In this document: positions 1 through 12,555 of the stretch, piece after piece | Layout of the letters: every line of letters begins with the position of its first letter | Numbering within the stretch: position 1 is the stretch's first letter | DNA from: the human T2T-CHM13v2.0 reference genome, Homo sapiens | NCBI RefSeq assembly: GCF_009914755.1 | Contig: NC_060926.1 | DNA: 64,000 nucleotides | Reading direction: 5' to 3' (one strand) | Notes under the pieces: generated by a model | What the model was told of the DNA's origin: nothing | The model's database searches: none | The model's input: only the letters and a program-made list of their open reading frames with translations | Position numbers and translations under genes: made by a program

Positions 1-983
1 TGGACATTGATATTTGGATACCAACAGATATAGCGAACCATGGCAAACCTTTTGTTTATATTTTCTAAATTTAGATACTACCCTAGCTACTCCGATCCTT
101 ACCCAGGGTATACATCTTTGACTCAATTTTGCCTATGAGAAAATAAAGCAAAATATGTTACAAATTATTAATATAATTAAGAATGAAAAAAATGTTTGGA
201 GCTGGAATGAGACTCAACATCTAAAATTGAGTTTCTGAAATAAATTACTTGACAAAAAAATCAGAACTTATGAAGGATATGGGAAAATACTGCTTTTTCT
301 AAGTTACTGTAAAATAGATTTTTGTTTTGAAAGCCCAAGTAAAACTGATCTGATCAAAAGTCAAGTGATGAGAGAAATTTGGACAGATGAGTAGATGGAT
401 GTAGGTATGCGTTAATAATAGCCTTCTTTTTCTATTAGGTAACACACATAATTAATAATAATAATGACAGAATACATTCCTAAAGCACATTCAACATAAC
501 CACAAATGCACTCACTATTGATCTAAAGTAATTGTGATGAACTTAATTACATTCTAGATTTAAAAGACTTGCTAACAAATTTCATCACTTGAAAAGGATT
601 CTAACCCCTTTGGAGAATTTCAACTTCCTTTCACTTAAGAGACTTCAGTGCAAAGCACAGAAAATGAAATGTTAAACCAAGATATAGTACATAGACATAA
701 AAAAGGCAGGAGCAATACCAAATGTGATGTTCATAATAAGGTAACAGGAATGTGCCATATGCCATTAAGAAATAAACACTTGAAACATAACTTAATCCAT
801 GTTTTAAATGAATCCTAGGTAAAGGGGAGATTTTTTATGATGAATGGTTATTTTATGAACATTACCAAGGTTTAGTAGTTACTACCTATGTATATATTCA
901 AACATATATATGTAAAAAAAAGTCAGAACTGACGTGTGTGTGTGCATATATATACATACACGCACAAACACATAAGTTCTGAC

Positions 984-988
<5 letters not shown>

Positions 989-1017
<29 letters not shown>
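989..1017. repeat. (CA)n microsatellite, ~14 units
   Basis: Pure AC run read directly. Confidence 0.95.
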
Positions 1018-1018
<1 letters not shown>

Positions 1019-2978
1019 CTGCATTCATCCAAATAATTGTGTGCCATTACTGTAGAAACTTTAGTTGACCCAAAGTGATTCTGACACAGACTTTTTCCTA
1101 CTGCCCATGTCAACCACCAGTTTGAAGCAAAATTCACACACGATAATATTTCTTGGGTTTTCTCTCTACTTTCTTGTTTCCAATATCACTCTCCCAATTC
1201 CAACTTGCTTTATCTCCATCCTAGTCTAGCTCAATCTACTTCTGTCTCAAGTTTTTCTCTTCCCTACTCCCTATGAGAATTTAGACAATTAGTACCTAGA
1301 TTTAAGCCGTAACTAAGGCATTGTCTTCATAAGACCCTTCAGTGGCCTTCCCAGTTAAGCACAACCCCTTCTCGCTAATAACATGTTCAATTTGCCCTTC
1401 ACCTTCACATCCTAATGGTCAACTCATATTCTAAACTTCCATCAGTATAGAATGTTTACAGTTCATTTTGAACAGATTTTAAATTTGTTGCAAGTTGTGT
1501 GTTTTTGCCCAGACTGCATGTTCTTATATTGGAAGGTCCTTAGTTTGTCAAAATTAAATCTGATTTTAAAATCTCAAATACAGTTTGCTTTATGAAGTTT
1601 CTTTCTGGATCCTTTATTGGAAGATTAGCTTTTCTTTTTTTCTCTAAATCTCACAGCCTCTTATTTTTACTTCTTTTAAGGTACTTATGTAGTTTTTCAA
1701 TACAGTGGAGATTCATCATACAATATATTTAAATGATGAACAGTCACTTAAACGTATCAGACATTAACAACAGGAATGAGGCTTTGTGGCTTTTTTCAAT
1801 TCAATTTTTATTTTGTGTTTCGTCTTGTTGTTTGTTTCTTTTTGGGATAAAAAGACTCTGTAAACAAGCCAACAACCTCATCTGGGATTCACCCAAAGGA
1901 ACAGTATTATGCCCAAAAGAAAATGGCCTACACTGAACTAAGAGACAGTGTAACACACACAGAGCCGTGTATACAGAAGCTCACGGGAAATTTACAAAAT
2001 TTTAAAAGGTGCTTTTTTATGATATATAATTTTTTTATTATATATAATTTTTACATGAATCACTAATCCTAGAACCTAACTCTGGATGAGGGTTTCTTTT
2101 ATACATTAAAGGGCAGTATAATCATAAAGGTAGACTATGAATATTATTCATCTTGAATACCACAGTGTCCTTAGTAGCACTGTGGACACACTTGGCACTT
2201 ACCTATTTTTGTTACTTGAAATAAAAAGCAATAAGGCTGTCTAAAAAGCTATAAAACCAAACAGCAAAGTGGAAAACAACCATAGAAATAAAATGACATT
2301 AATTTTTTAAAAAAGTAAAAATAGGTTGATTATTTTAGAGCTTGATTAAAAAACTTACAGGTCTTTGAAAAGCTTATATAGTTTAAAGAGCTCTTCACCT
2401 CTTCCTTACTTTGTCTTCTAAATGGAAAATTCCTTAAGGACAGAAATGATATTATTTATTTTGGTATTCATTGAATACAATTCAGTGTTTAGTACGTCTT
2501 CCATCTAATCTTTCAAAGAATAACTCAGCTATCTCTATGGTATGCTTTCAAAATAATCTCAACAATTGAGATTTTAGCAGAAAATTGCAGAAATAATTGA
2601 CTAATGAACTTATATTTCTTTACAACCTGAGCCTACTACCGAGGTCTGATACATGTGCAAACAGTGAGTTCAATATAAATATGGTTGATTGATGGAAATA
2701 CAGATGAAATGAGACTCTGTGCCATACAGGAGTGTACAGAACCCAGAGAAAGCTCCATGACACAATTTCTTTTAAGTAGGAACAACACCACAAAGAAGGT
2801 GAAAAGCGGTGGCAAATCCAGAAGTAGAAACTCAGCTAAAAGACTGCTGATCAGACAACATCAAATATGATAGCCACACCAGAAATAGCCCTTCTGACTG
2901 TGGCCCTCTCAAATACAAAAGGAAGCCAAGTCTATAAAAAAATTGAAAAAAATTGACTTGCTTTTATTTTGTTCAACT

Positions 2979-3003
2979 CCCCCCCCCCTCCCCCCCCCCC
3001 CCC
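2979..3003. repeat. Poly-C tract C10-T-C14 (poly-G on minus strand)
   Basis: Read directly. Confidence 0.95.
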
Positions 3004-4127
3004 GCTTTAACTCTCCTGTCAAGTGCTCTAATTTTGGAAAGTTGCTATTTCAGATCAACTCCACAAAGGGCTGCATTTTGTCTCTTTGCAATCAGCAACT
3101 CAAGCAGTCATATCACTTTTGTTCATAGCTACTGTGTTACTGCCAAATTGGTCTGGGAAATTGAAAAACAGCATTAGAGGTAGTGCTCATGAAAAAAAAT
3201 TCTATTTCTCCATTTGGCTTTTTTAATTTCCCTATTCAACATTTTGATTATCTATCTCATTTCAGATATATAGCTTCTTTTGCTTCAGAAAGGGATTTTC
3301 CTACTGGTTATCTTGATAACGCAGATTTTAGGATGTCCAGATCCAAAAACTTCCTTCTGTGTAATAAAATCTAACCCCCCGCCACTGCAGGAAGTGTGAA
3401 ACTTGAACATTAAATTTTATTTAAAATTAACTATCATATAAAACTTTAGGGTAACCATGGCTGGAACTTGCAACTATTACTATCAGAATGCATGGATCGA
3501 TTGAAGTTTTTTAATACTTTATTTGAACCTTCTATTTTTCGATATGTACAATTTGATCCAGAGAAAAATGTAACAATGATATAAAGGGCATAAAGATGAA
3601 CTACATTATGTCTCCATGTCAGATCTGTGCCTTATTTAAAGAAACAAGACTATCAAAAACACTCGAATAGCAATTTAATTTTTTCTTGTTTTCTCAAAAA
3701 CAAAGAAAAATTCCATTTATAAAACAAAGTTAACCCTCTTGAAACCTGACTTTCTAATCTCCCTTTAACCCATATGCCTACACATGTCCCCACACTGTCT
3801 CTGTTCTATCTAAGCTTTTCCTTTCTCACTTGGGCCACTTGGGTGATGCTATTTTCTGCCTCCACTCACTCCCTGCCCGCTCCACACACACCCACACCTT
3901 TCACTGTATTTATTATTGCTCCTTAGTGGCAGTTTTCTCATTCAAATATAAATCAATCTCCCTTTTCTATCATCTCTAATTTCCTACACCATTCAGTACG
4001 CTGATCAACATCACAAATAAGTGAAAGCGAGTAGGTAGAAGATAGAGGTGGTGAAAAAGGTATAAATAGTGATCAATTCCCTTTCTAACCACAATACTCC
4101 TCCTACCTCCATTTAAGTGCTTTGGTT

Positions 4128-4300
4128 AGAGCGGTCTTACTTGTGCCTTGAAATCACCTGGAGAGCTTTTTTTAAAAAAATGCAATACCCAAGTCCCTCT
4201 CCAGACCAATCATGCCTGTCTCTGAAGTGGGAACCAGATAATTTTAAAAACCTTCCCAAGTGAATCTAATACACAATACATAAAGTTGAGAAACATTGGT
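4128..4300. mobile_element. MER5A-like hAT-Charlie MITE, diverged
   Basis: aaatcacctggagagcttt...ccagaccaat...ttcccaagtgaatctaat...aaagttgagaaacattg resembles the MER5A consensus. Confidence 0.7.
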
Positions 4301-5112
4301 CAGAGATTTATTGTATTCCACGAACTAGAGCACAAAACACTTTTTCTAAAGGATTGGGTCCTAGAGTAATGGTGGTGGTAGAACTGGGAAGAGGAGGGGA
4401 TGGTGAGTTGTGAGTGATGATGCAGGTGAGTATCTGTTGGCATCAGGGTTTAAAGTGAATGGGTGAACTAGAAGCTGTAGTCTGAATGAACTGCAAACGT
4501 AACCACCATTAGATCCAGAGCCAACCCTCATGTTTCTGACTTTGCTGAGCAGGAAAAGTCAATGTCTGCTACCTACCACAGCACCTAATAGCAGGGTCTC
4601 TGCCCATAAAATAAGAAAAATTTCTTTATTCATTGGATTCTTTTCCTCATGGATTCAGGGTGCAACTAGATGGCCCTTTACAAACACAGAACTCTGTCCA
4701 CCCCTGTTTTGTACCTGTGCCTACAAGATTCTGAGACACAGGAGTCCAGGCAGTTATACCAGTCCCTCTTGTGTTCAGTGCTGTCACAAGGAAGTGGTTT
4801 AGTTGGCATCCGAACAGAACCTGGGGTCAGCTGTTGGCATCTCCTGATTAGGGTTGAGCTGTCCATATATCCACATTAATCAGGATCTGTTTTGTAAGTA
4901 ACCCAAGATTAAGAGACAAGCACACCTATATCTATACCGGCACTTGGAGTCTATCCTCCTTCCTTAAATATGAGCTCTGTAATTTAGTCTTAGTTTTATT
5001 TCCAAAGTACTACAATGTTGTCCCCATTTTCTGGCTCAACATTGATCAGCTTCACAATACTGCAAAAACTCAGGAAGCTTTTAAGTTTAAAATAGATCCT
5101 AAACATATAGTA

Positions 5113-5128
5113 TCTGTCTGTCTGTCAG

Positions 5129-5177
<49 letters not shown>
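5113..5177. repeat. Compound tetranucleotide STR (TCTG)3 TCAG TA (TCTA)11
   Basis: Read directly. Confidence 0.95.
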
Positions 5178-5178
<1 letters not shown>

Positions 5179-5532
5179 AATAACAGCACATGAAATGCCT
5201 CTAACCACATCAGATGTTTCTACAAACTGTGCTACATCTTCTCCTGGCAGATTGCCACTGTTGAAATCTCTCCATGCTGTACCTATAAGTACCATATCTT
5301 GTTGATGTGCAATTATGGATTCAACATATGAATGCAGACAAATCACTTGCCGTCTACAGTTTCTAGGCCAGTGAAGCATGTTGTAATACAAACAAAAATC
5401 AGGTGACTTTTAGACCACAAACAATACTAACGTTAACTGTAGGGCTTCACCTTGATGTATTTTTCTACCTTTTAATACTTGCCACTTCTAGACTATATTA
5501 GTAGCGTGATTTAACCTGTATTGTAGCACTCC

Positions 5533-5835
5533 TTTCCTTCCTTCCTTCCTTCCTTCCTTCCTTCCTTCCTTCCTTCCTTTTTTTTTCCTTCCTTCCTGAC
5601 AGATTCCCACTCTGTCACCCAGTCTGGAGTGCAATAAAGCGATCTTGTCTCACTGCCAACTCTGCCTCCCAGATTTAAGCCATTCTTGTGCCTCAACCTC
5701 TAACTTTTGTATTTTTAGTAGAGACAGGGTTTCACCATGTTGGCCAGGCTGGTTTTGAACTAATGATCTCAAGTGATGCGCCCACTCAGCTTCCCAGAGT
5801 GCTGGGATTATGGGCATGAGCCACCGCGTCCAGCC
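5533..5835 (-). mobile_element. AluS (Sx/Sz-like) with (TTCC)n-converted tail and an internal ~45-bp deletion in the right arm
   Basis: Antisense Alu: cactctgtcacccag...tttttagtagagacagggtttcaccatgttggccaggctgg...gagccaccgcgtccagcc. The gtagctgggattacagg segment is missing at ~5700. TTCC repeats span 5533-5596. Confidence 0.93.
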
Positions 5836-6375
5836 TTAGCATTATTTTCTTAAGCCTCCACGAGAAACTGCACCCACATTTCTCAAGTTTCTAATAGCAA
5901 ATAACTGGTGTCAGCAGTTCTACTCAGAGTAACAGCCAAATTCCCAGGGAAATCTCTGTCACTGGAGCAGAGCAAATGACTTGAATTAGCCTAAACATAG
6001 CTACCATGCCGTCTATCATCCACCAAGAGCTCCAATTTAAGAATGCCTGTATCCGTGGAAGTTGAATTAGAAACAACTTTCTAGTTTTCAATTTCATAAG
6101 GAACCCTATTAGGTCTCTGAATAGTCTTCAGTGCTTCTCTCTGCAATAGTATTCTGAGAAACATAAACATTTTGTAGGGTAAATCTTTACTCTTTGCACC
6201 ATAAATCTGGTGAGATTGTAACCAGCATGAAAATATGTTTTCGGGGTATTGATTTTTGTCTGAAGTACAGCTGAGTACTGAAACTTAAAGGCAGGCTGTC
6301 AAAGTGTAATCCACATATAGTTAATTAGTCAAAGATCCTTACAGTCCTATGTTGGCTCAACTCAAACAGGCAAAG

Positions 6376-6421
6376 ATATTTAGAAAGTAATTTAAACAAT
6401 ATTTAGAAAGTAATTTAAACA
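6376..6421. repeat. Perfect 23-bp tandem duplication
   Basis: atatttagaaagtaatttaaaca x2. Confidence 0.95.
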
Positions 6422-8338
6422 TTTCATAATCCTCTCAAAATATTATAAAGAGGGATCCTATTCACTATGTATTGCTAAGTTCCTGAAATCTGTTTCTTCA
6501 TCTCTTTTAAAGCAGCTGTTCTCAAAATATATCTCTTTCACTCTAAACTCCCTAAAAAATCCTTCTTCAGACAATCCTTTGGGCTCTGTACCTGTTCAGT
6601 TCTCCTCTGCTTGCCAGGATACATTGCTTTCTCCTAATATCCCCAAGTTCAAAGGAATAATGGGCAGGGCCTAAACCTATAAATAGTCCCACATGAACTG
6701 TTTTTACTTTAAAAGATAATTTTTGCATCCAATCTACAGGTGACAACATAAACAATTAGAGATTAACATGAGGTTGGGCAGTCCTCATAACTAACTGGTT
6801 GATGTTAATCTTACCTGTTTTTGTGTATAAAATGCCAGTAAATGTTTCTTGAGAAACTTGTATGTAACAAGTATTGAATACAGATTATCTCATTGATTTT
6901 AACGTATTTTAAAATGCATTGTTAAATTGAGATTTACCTAATTGTGTCAAATATTCCAGAAAAGTAATGTTTCTTTTCCTCATAAAAGACACAAAATAAA
7001 CTAGATTGAATGTGATGACTTATGATTGGCCTGAATTAAATTTAAGCATAGCTGTGTCACTCTTAGATTCCTGGAAGCAACATCAGTATCTGACTCAAGC
7101 AAGTAAATTCAGTGAATACAATCCAAGGATATTATTTACAACTTTCACATTGGAAGGCAAGAAATGAACAAGTGGTCTCCTATAGGTGCCAATCATTTCA
7201 TAGAAAACCTGTGTCAATAATTTTTTTTGAATTATAATAGTAACAGTAGGCTCAGTTGAATATGTATGTGTGTATGCATGCGTTTGTGTAAAAGCTCAAG
7301 TAGTTACTAATCCTTCAGTGAATCCTACTTTCTACATGAAAAGTGCTTGTTCTCCTTGGAGATTTATGTTCTTGGGGCAGTTCATATTTCCATAATACAG
7401 CTTGCCCATGTCTTGTATCAGGGGATACAGATAATAGGGAATTTTTCTGTCTCAAAAAGTTATAGTGGGATCATTCAGAATTTAGCACATTTATATCTTT
7501 TACAGGACTGATATATTTAGTAGCTAATATATAAATGTTGCAATATCATAAGTGATCAGCAGGTAATGCATTCTACTTTAAAAGTTCATATTTGAGGCTT
7601 TTAAGTAAAATACTGTGAATCAACACCTTACCATATTATTTCTTTAAGTCCGTAATTGTGTATACCATAGTTACTTAAAAAGATAGATCTTTCATCAGGT
7701 ACTCTTCAGGTAAGTTTCTTCTCTCAAAACTCATCTAGAGGAGCAATCATATAACATATTCTGAAGAAAACTTCTTGAGGATACTACTATAATTAAAAAT
7801 ATTTTCTTTAGGAAAAGGCCTAACATTGAAGTTCTGATGAACAATTGTCATAGATTCTAAGACCCAGTTTTGTAAGGAGATTGCCTTAGGAGTCTGGCTA
7901 GATTCCAGGGATGCAATTGCATTAAATCTTCCTAATTCTTCACAGAAGATTCAAATGAATACAGTTTTGTACCCTGTACTTAAGTATGAAAAGCTACCAA
8001 AAACAAAACAAACAATTAAGAAACAACTTCTGTGTATGAAATGTATATCGATGGATGGTCGATAGATGGTCCATGGAAATGTCATTTTTTATAACAGGGA
8101 ACACCATTTACTAAAGCAGCAAATCTTTACATAATGAAACTATTATATAAATTTTATATAAATTATACAAAATGGTTGGTCAGATAAGACAGATAATCTA
8201 ATATCAAAACTTGTGAAATGTTATGCCATGTTATAACAGAGCGTTCTCTAATTGGGTCTCCTCATGAAGCAAGCTCTGTGTACAGAGGACATAATTTAAG
8301 ATAAGCACGGTAAAATAAGGGATTAAAAATACTACTAT

Positions 8339-9041
8339 TGATAGAGGCAGGAGACAGACAAATCCTAGGCAGAGAGGGGTGGGTCTCCAGTGAAACCCAA
8401 CCTCCAAGCCAAAGACAGTTTAAAGCCTGAAAACCAAGCTACAAGTCACATCCATGGACTGGCTTAAGAAACTGTCTTCCCATTTGGTACATTTTCTTCT
8501 GATTGATCCTCAACCTTCACCTATTTTACAAATACCTACCTTTCCCTAACTGGTGTTTTAAACTGTCATGCCCACTTTTGAGTGGTGCCTTCGTTTTAGC
8601 CTTTTTTGAATATTCAAAAACCAATCAGTACACACTCCCCTATTCTGAGCCCACAAAAGCCCTGGACTCAGCCACACTGAGAGAGAATCCACCTGACTTC
8701 AGGTGGGGGATCATGCCCGCATCCCTTCTCCACTGAAAGCTGTTCTGTCACTCAGTAAAATTCTTCCCCATCCTCCTCAGCCTTCAATTGTCAGCCTATC
8801 CTTTTTCTACTTGGATGCGAGACAAGAACTTGGGAACCCTGGAACACGGGTACAAGCTATAACACAGGTGGGCTGGGGTACACCCAGCCCAGTTGTGACC
8901 TGAGCTGGTGCACAAGCCAGGTACAGCCAAGGCAGGCAGAGTGGGCCAGTAGTCTCTTGCGGCACGTAAGGTGGCCCGGGTGGGAACGTTGCCAGCCAGA
9001 GGTTCCTGGCTGGCAAAGTGACCAAGAAAAATCCTGCGTCA
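8339..9041 (+). mobile_element. ERV1 solo LTR (LTR27/LTR28-like, LTR1/MER52-related), 703 bp
   Basis: TG...CA termini with a 4-bp TSD CTAT (8335-8338 / 9042-9045). Contains CCAAT (8611) and a 3' end ggttcctggctggcaaagtgacc typical of this group. Exact family name is from memory. Confidence 0.85.
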
Positions 9042-9080
9042 CTATGGAGCACATTCGATTTGCTATATATATTTGTGCAA

Positions 9081-9292
9081 ATTGGCAAACAAAAGAGGAC
9101 TATGGCCCACAAGCAAATCCAGTCTGCAGCCTGTTTTGTATGACACTTGAGATAACAATGGTTTTGTATTTTTAAAGGGTATAAAAAACAAAAGGAAGAA
9201 AACAAAGAAGAATATTGATTGGGGACATATGTGGCCCACAAATCCTAAAATATTTATCATCTAGCCTTCTACAAAAAAAAATGCTGACACCT
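9081..9292. mobile_element. MER58C-like hAT-Charlie MITE
   Basis: ttggcaaac...tatggcccacaagcaaatcc...tgtggcccacaaatcctaaaatatttatcatctagcc...gctgacacct. Confidence 0.8.
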
Positions 9293-10395
9293 AATTTAAG
9301 TTTTATTTTTATTTTATTTTTTTTGAAAAAGGTCCTATTTGAGTGGATTCATCATGGTTAATATGGGGCAGAATTATGTAAGTCCTGTTTGAATCTTCTC
9401 TATATTCTCAGGTTTATGGGATCATTAAAGGGCTGATACCTCTATAGCTAAGTCAGGTAAAACCACCTGGAACTCCAGGCCTCAAGCCAGGTCCCTTTAA
9501 GCAGAATGGCCTAGAGCTGGGCTGGAACTGGCAGCCTAATACTCAGCCCATTACATGATCCACTGGGCTCTGCCACCATAAACACACAGGTAAAGGCCAA
9601 GCACATTTTCTGCTGCTGTTACTGCTAAATAGGAAAATACACTTTCCATATGCCAAGAAAGACTTTGGAAAGGTCACCTCAGCCACAAAGTTAGAAGTGG
9701 TATTTTGTTTTCCTTGAGTATCAAACAGTATATATGGCCTGTCCTTTCTAGCCTCATAGTCAATGTCAAAAGATTGTCTGTTACATATGTTTTTCTTTCC
9801 GTCTTTCTCTCCTTTAAGCCATTCTATCATTCAGCTGCTTTCATTTTTATTATAAAGTCCAATTAAGTATGATAAAATGCAAAAGAAAAAAAAAACATTG
9901 AGCCTAAATAAATCACCTTCAGGCCTGATATTACTTAATCGAAAGTCTATGAATGGCTCTTTGTACATGTTTGAAGCAATTTATGTCTTTCATACACGTC
10001 CGTGCTAGACAAGAGATGCTTTTCTCATCTCAGCTCTTTTAAGCACACCATGATGCTCTTCCATGGGAAATAAAATTGGCCACATTATTTCTAACTTCAA
10101 GAACCCCTGAGCAACATCAAGAATCTTAAAAAGGTCATATGAATTTTCAATAAATATTGATAAATGTGTTATTATTTATCAGATTGAACACTGAAAATAA
10201 TTTATGGGTCCAAATGAAGTAACAGGTAAAAATGTATGCAGGTAATAATATTTATTTAAGTTTTATATTAGTGTTTGCAAAGCTTTGTTGGGATAGTAAA
10301 TTATTTAATATAAAACATTAAGCTAAAAACCAATGTTTAAAAGTTTCATGTCAACTATGCAGTGAAAAATAGCATGGAAACTTAAATGGAAAAAA

Positions 10396-10793
10396 TATTA
10401 TGGATTTAATTGTATTCCCCCAAAATTCCTGTGTTAAAGTCCTAAACTCAGTACCTTAGTATGTGACTGTGCTTAGAGATAAGGTCTTTAAAATTGTGAT
10501 TAAGTCTAAATGAGGCCTTTAGCATGGGCCTTAATACAATCTGACTGGTGTCCTTATAAGAAAAGGAAATTTGAGCAAAGAGACATCAAGGGTATGCAAA
10601 CAGGAAAAACCATGTGAAGACACAGCAAGTAGCCAGCTGAATACAAGCCAAGGAGAGAGGCATCAGGTGAAACCAACCCTGCCAACACCTTGATCTTGGA
10701 CTTCTAGCCTCCAGAACTGTGAGCAAATAAACTTCTGTTGTTTAAGCCACCCAGTCTCTGGTATTCTATTACGGCAGTCCTAGCAAACTATAC
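10396..10793 (+). mobile_element. MLT1B-like MaLR solo LTR
   Basis: ccccaaaattcctgtgttaaagtcctaa...ccaaccctgccaacaccttgatcttggacttctagcctccagaactgtgag...ttgtttaagccacccagt...cctagcaaact. Confidence 0.9.
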
Positions 10794-11563
10794 GAGGAAT
10801 ATATTAAAAATACAGTATTGCCATTATTACATTTTATTGGTGAGATTATGTCTGAGTTTTATGCCTTTACAGTTACGCTATATAATGCATTATTTTCCCT
10901 TATCCCTTTCCTCCCTCCCTCCCTTCCTTCCTTTCTTGTTTTTCTTCCAACAAATATGTTTTCAGTACCTTCTGTGTGGCCAGCTTTTTGAATACCTAAG
11001 CACTAGGTATTCAGTGGAAAGCATAAATTTGATTCATACCCTTACAAAATTTAATATAGTGAATTTTAACTACACATTACTTTGACAAAAAAAAAACAAT
11101 TAATAGAAAATCGTTCTCAACATTTCTCAAAACAGACATAAGTGAGTGCATACCCACCTCTGGATTAGGAGTGATACAAAAACATGTTGCAAATTATTCC
11201 TACTAAAACAAACAACAGCCAATGCCTTTCACTTTGGTAAAAGCTATTTGTGTCAAAGTCATCTCTAACCAAAGCAAATAGTCTCAGGCTGCTTCCTGAC
11301 ACATCCTTAAGCTTTCAGTAACCTAACAATAATTAAAGAGAAGCCACTGATCTCTAGTAGATAGTAGTCATGCACTATCTCTAGAGATGCATTCCTATTT
11401 TCTTAGTGATCAGTCTCCACCCTACCCCATCCCCTCATCTTATTTTCACTGTAAGTTGGCTCTCCCTTCCCATCCCTCTAAAACATTTGCACTAGTGTCA
11501 ACATATTGCCCCAAAGTTGCAGTTAAGAAGAGACAAAGTGATCAATTAAAAATAAATTGTTTA

Positions 11564-11861
11564 GGCCCAGCATGGTGGCTCACACCTGTAATTCCAGCAC
11601 TTTGGGAGTCTGAGGCAGGAGGATTGATTGTTTGAGTTCAGGAGTTCGAGATCAGCCTGGACAACATAGTGAGACCTCATCCGTACTAAAAATAAAAAAT
11701 ACATAGTTGGGCATGGTTGCACATCTGTAGTCCCAGCTACACAGGAGGCTGAGGAGGGGGGATCGCTTGAGCTTGGGAGATCAAGGCTGCAGAGAACTGT
11801 AATCATGCCACTGCCCTTCAGCCTGGGTGACAGAATGAGATACTGTCTTAAATAAATAAAT
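11564..11861 (+). mobile_element. AluJ
   Basis: Full dimeric Alu with J-type features (aacatagtgagacc, ggatcgcttgagc, tcaaggctgca). Outer TSD aaataa(a/t)ttgttta at 11550-11563 / 12169-12182. Confidence 0.95.
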
Positions 11862-11869
11862 AAGAAATA

Positions 11870-12168
<299 letters not shown>

Positions 12169-12555
12169 AAATAATTTGTTTAATAAAATTCAATGCCATA
12201 TACTGCATGGTTTTTGGCAAATTTTCCCTAGAGAAGCATTTCAAAAACTAGAGCATATATGTCTGCTCCAAATAGCACAAAAGACACGATTGGTGGTAAT
12301 GGGAGCAACAGTATACAAGGTCACATTAAATGAATAATTCATCTTCCAGAGCTTATCACATGAACAGCTTCTCCAATATCTGCTACGGTGAGCAGAGTAT
12401 TGAGAGATCCAGGTCACCATTGTCCAATGACATTAACTTAAAACACTAAATACTGAGTATGTTCACAGGAATTATATGGGAAATAACCCTCACACAAAGG
12501 CCAAATGTGGGCAAAATTGTAAAATAGATGACTTACTTTTTTTTAATTGTTACTC

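Noticed and set aside
5164-5391. 75-aa minus-strand ORF with protein-like composition
   Set aside because: No recognisable family, non-ATG start, runs into a GATA STR, and has no convincing splice sites.
8503-9260. Cluster of overlapping ORFs up to 144 aa
   Set aside because: They fall in the GC-richer LTR and MER58, where stop codons are rarer.
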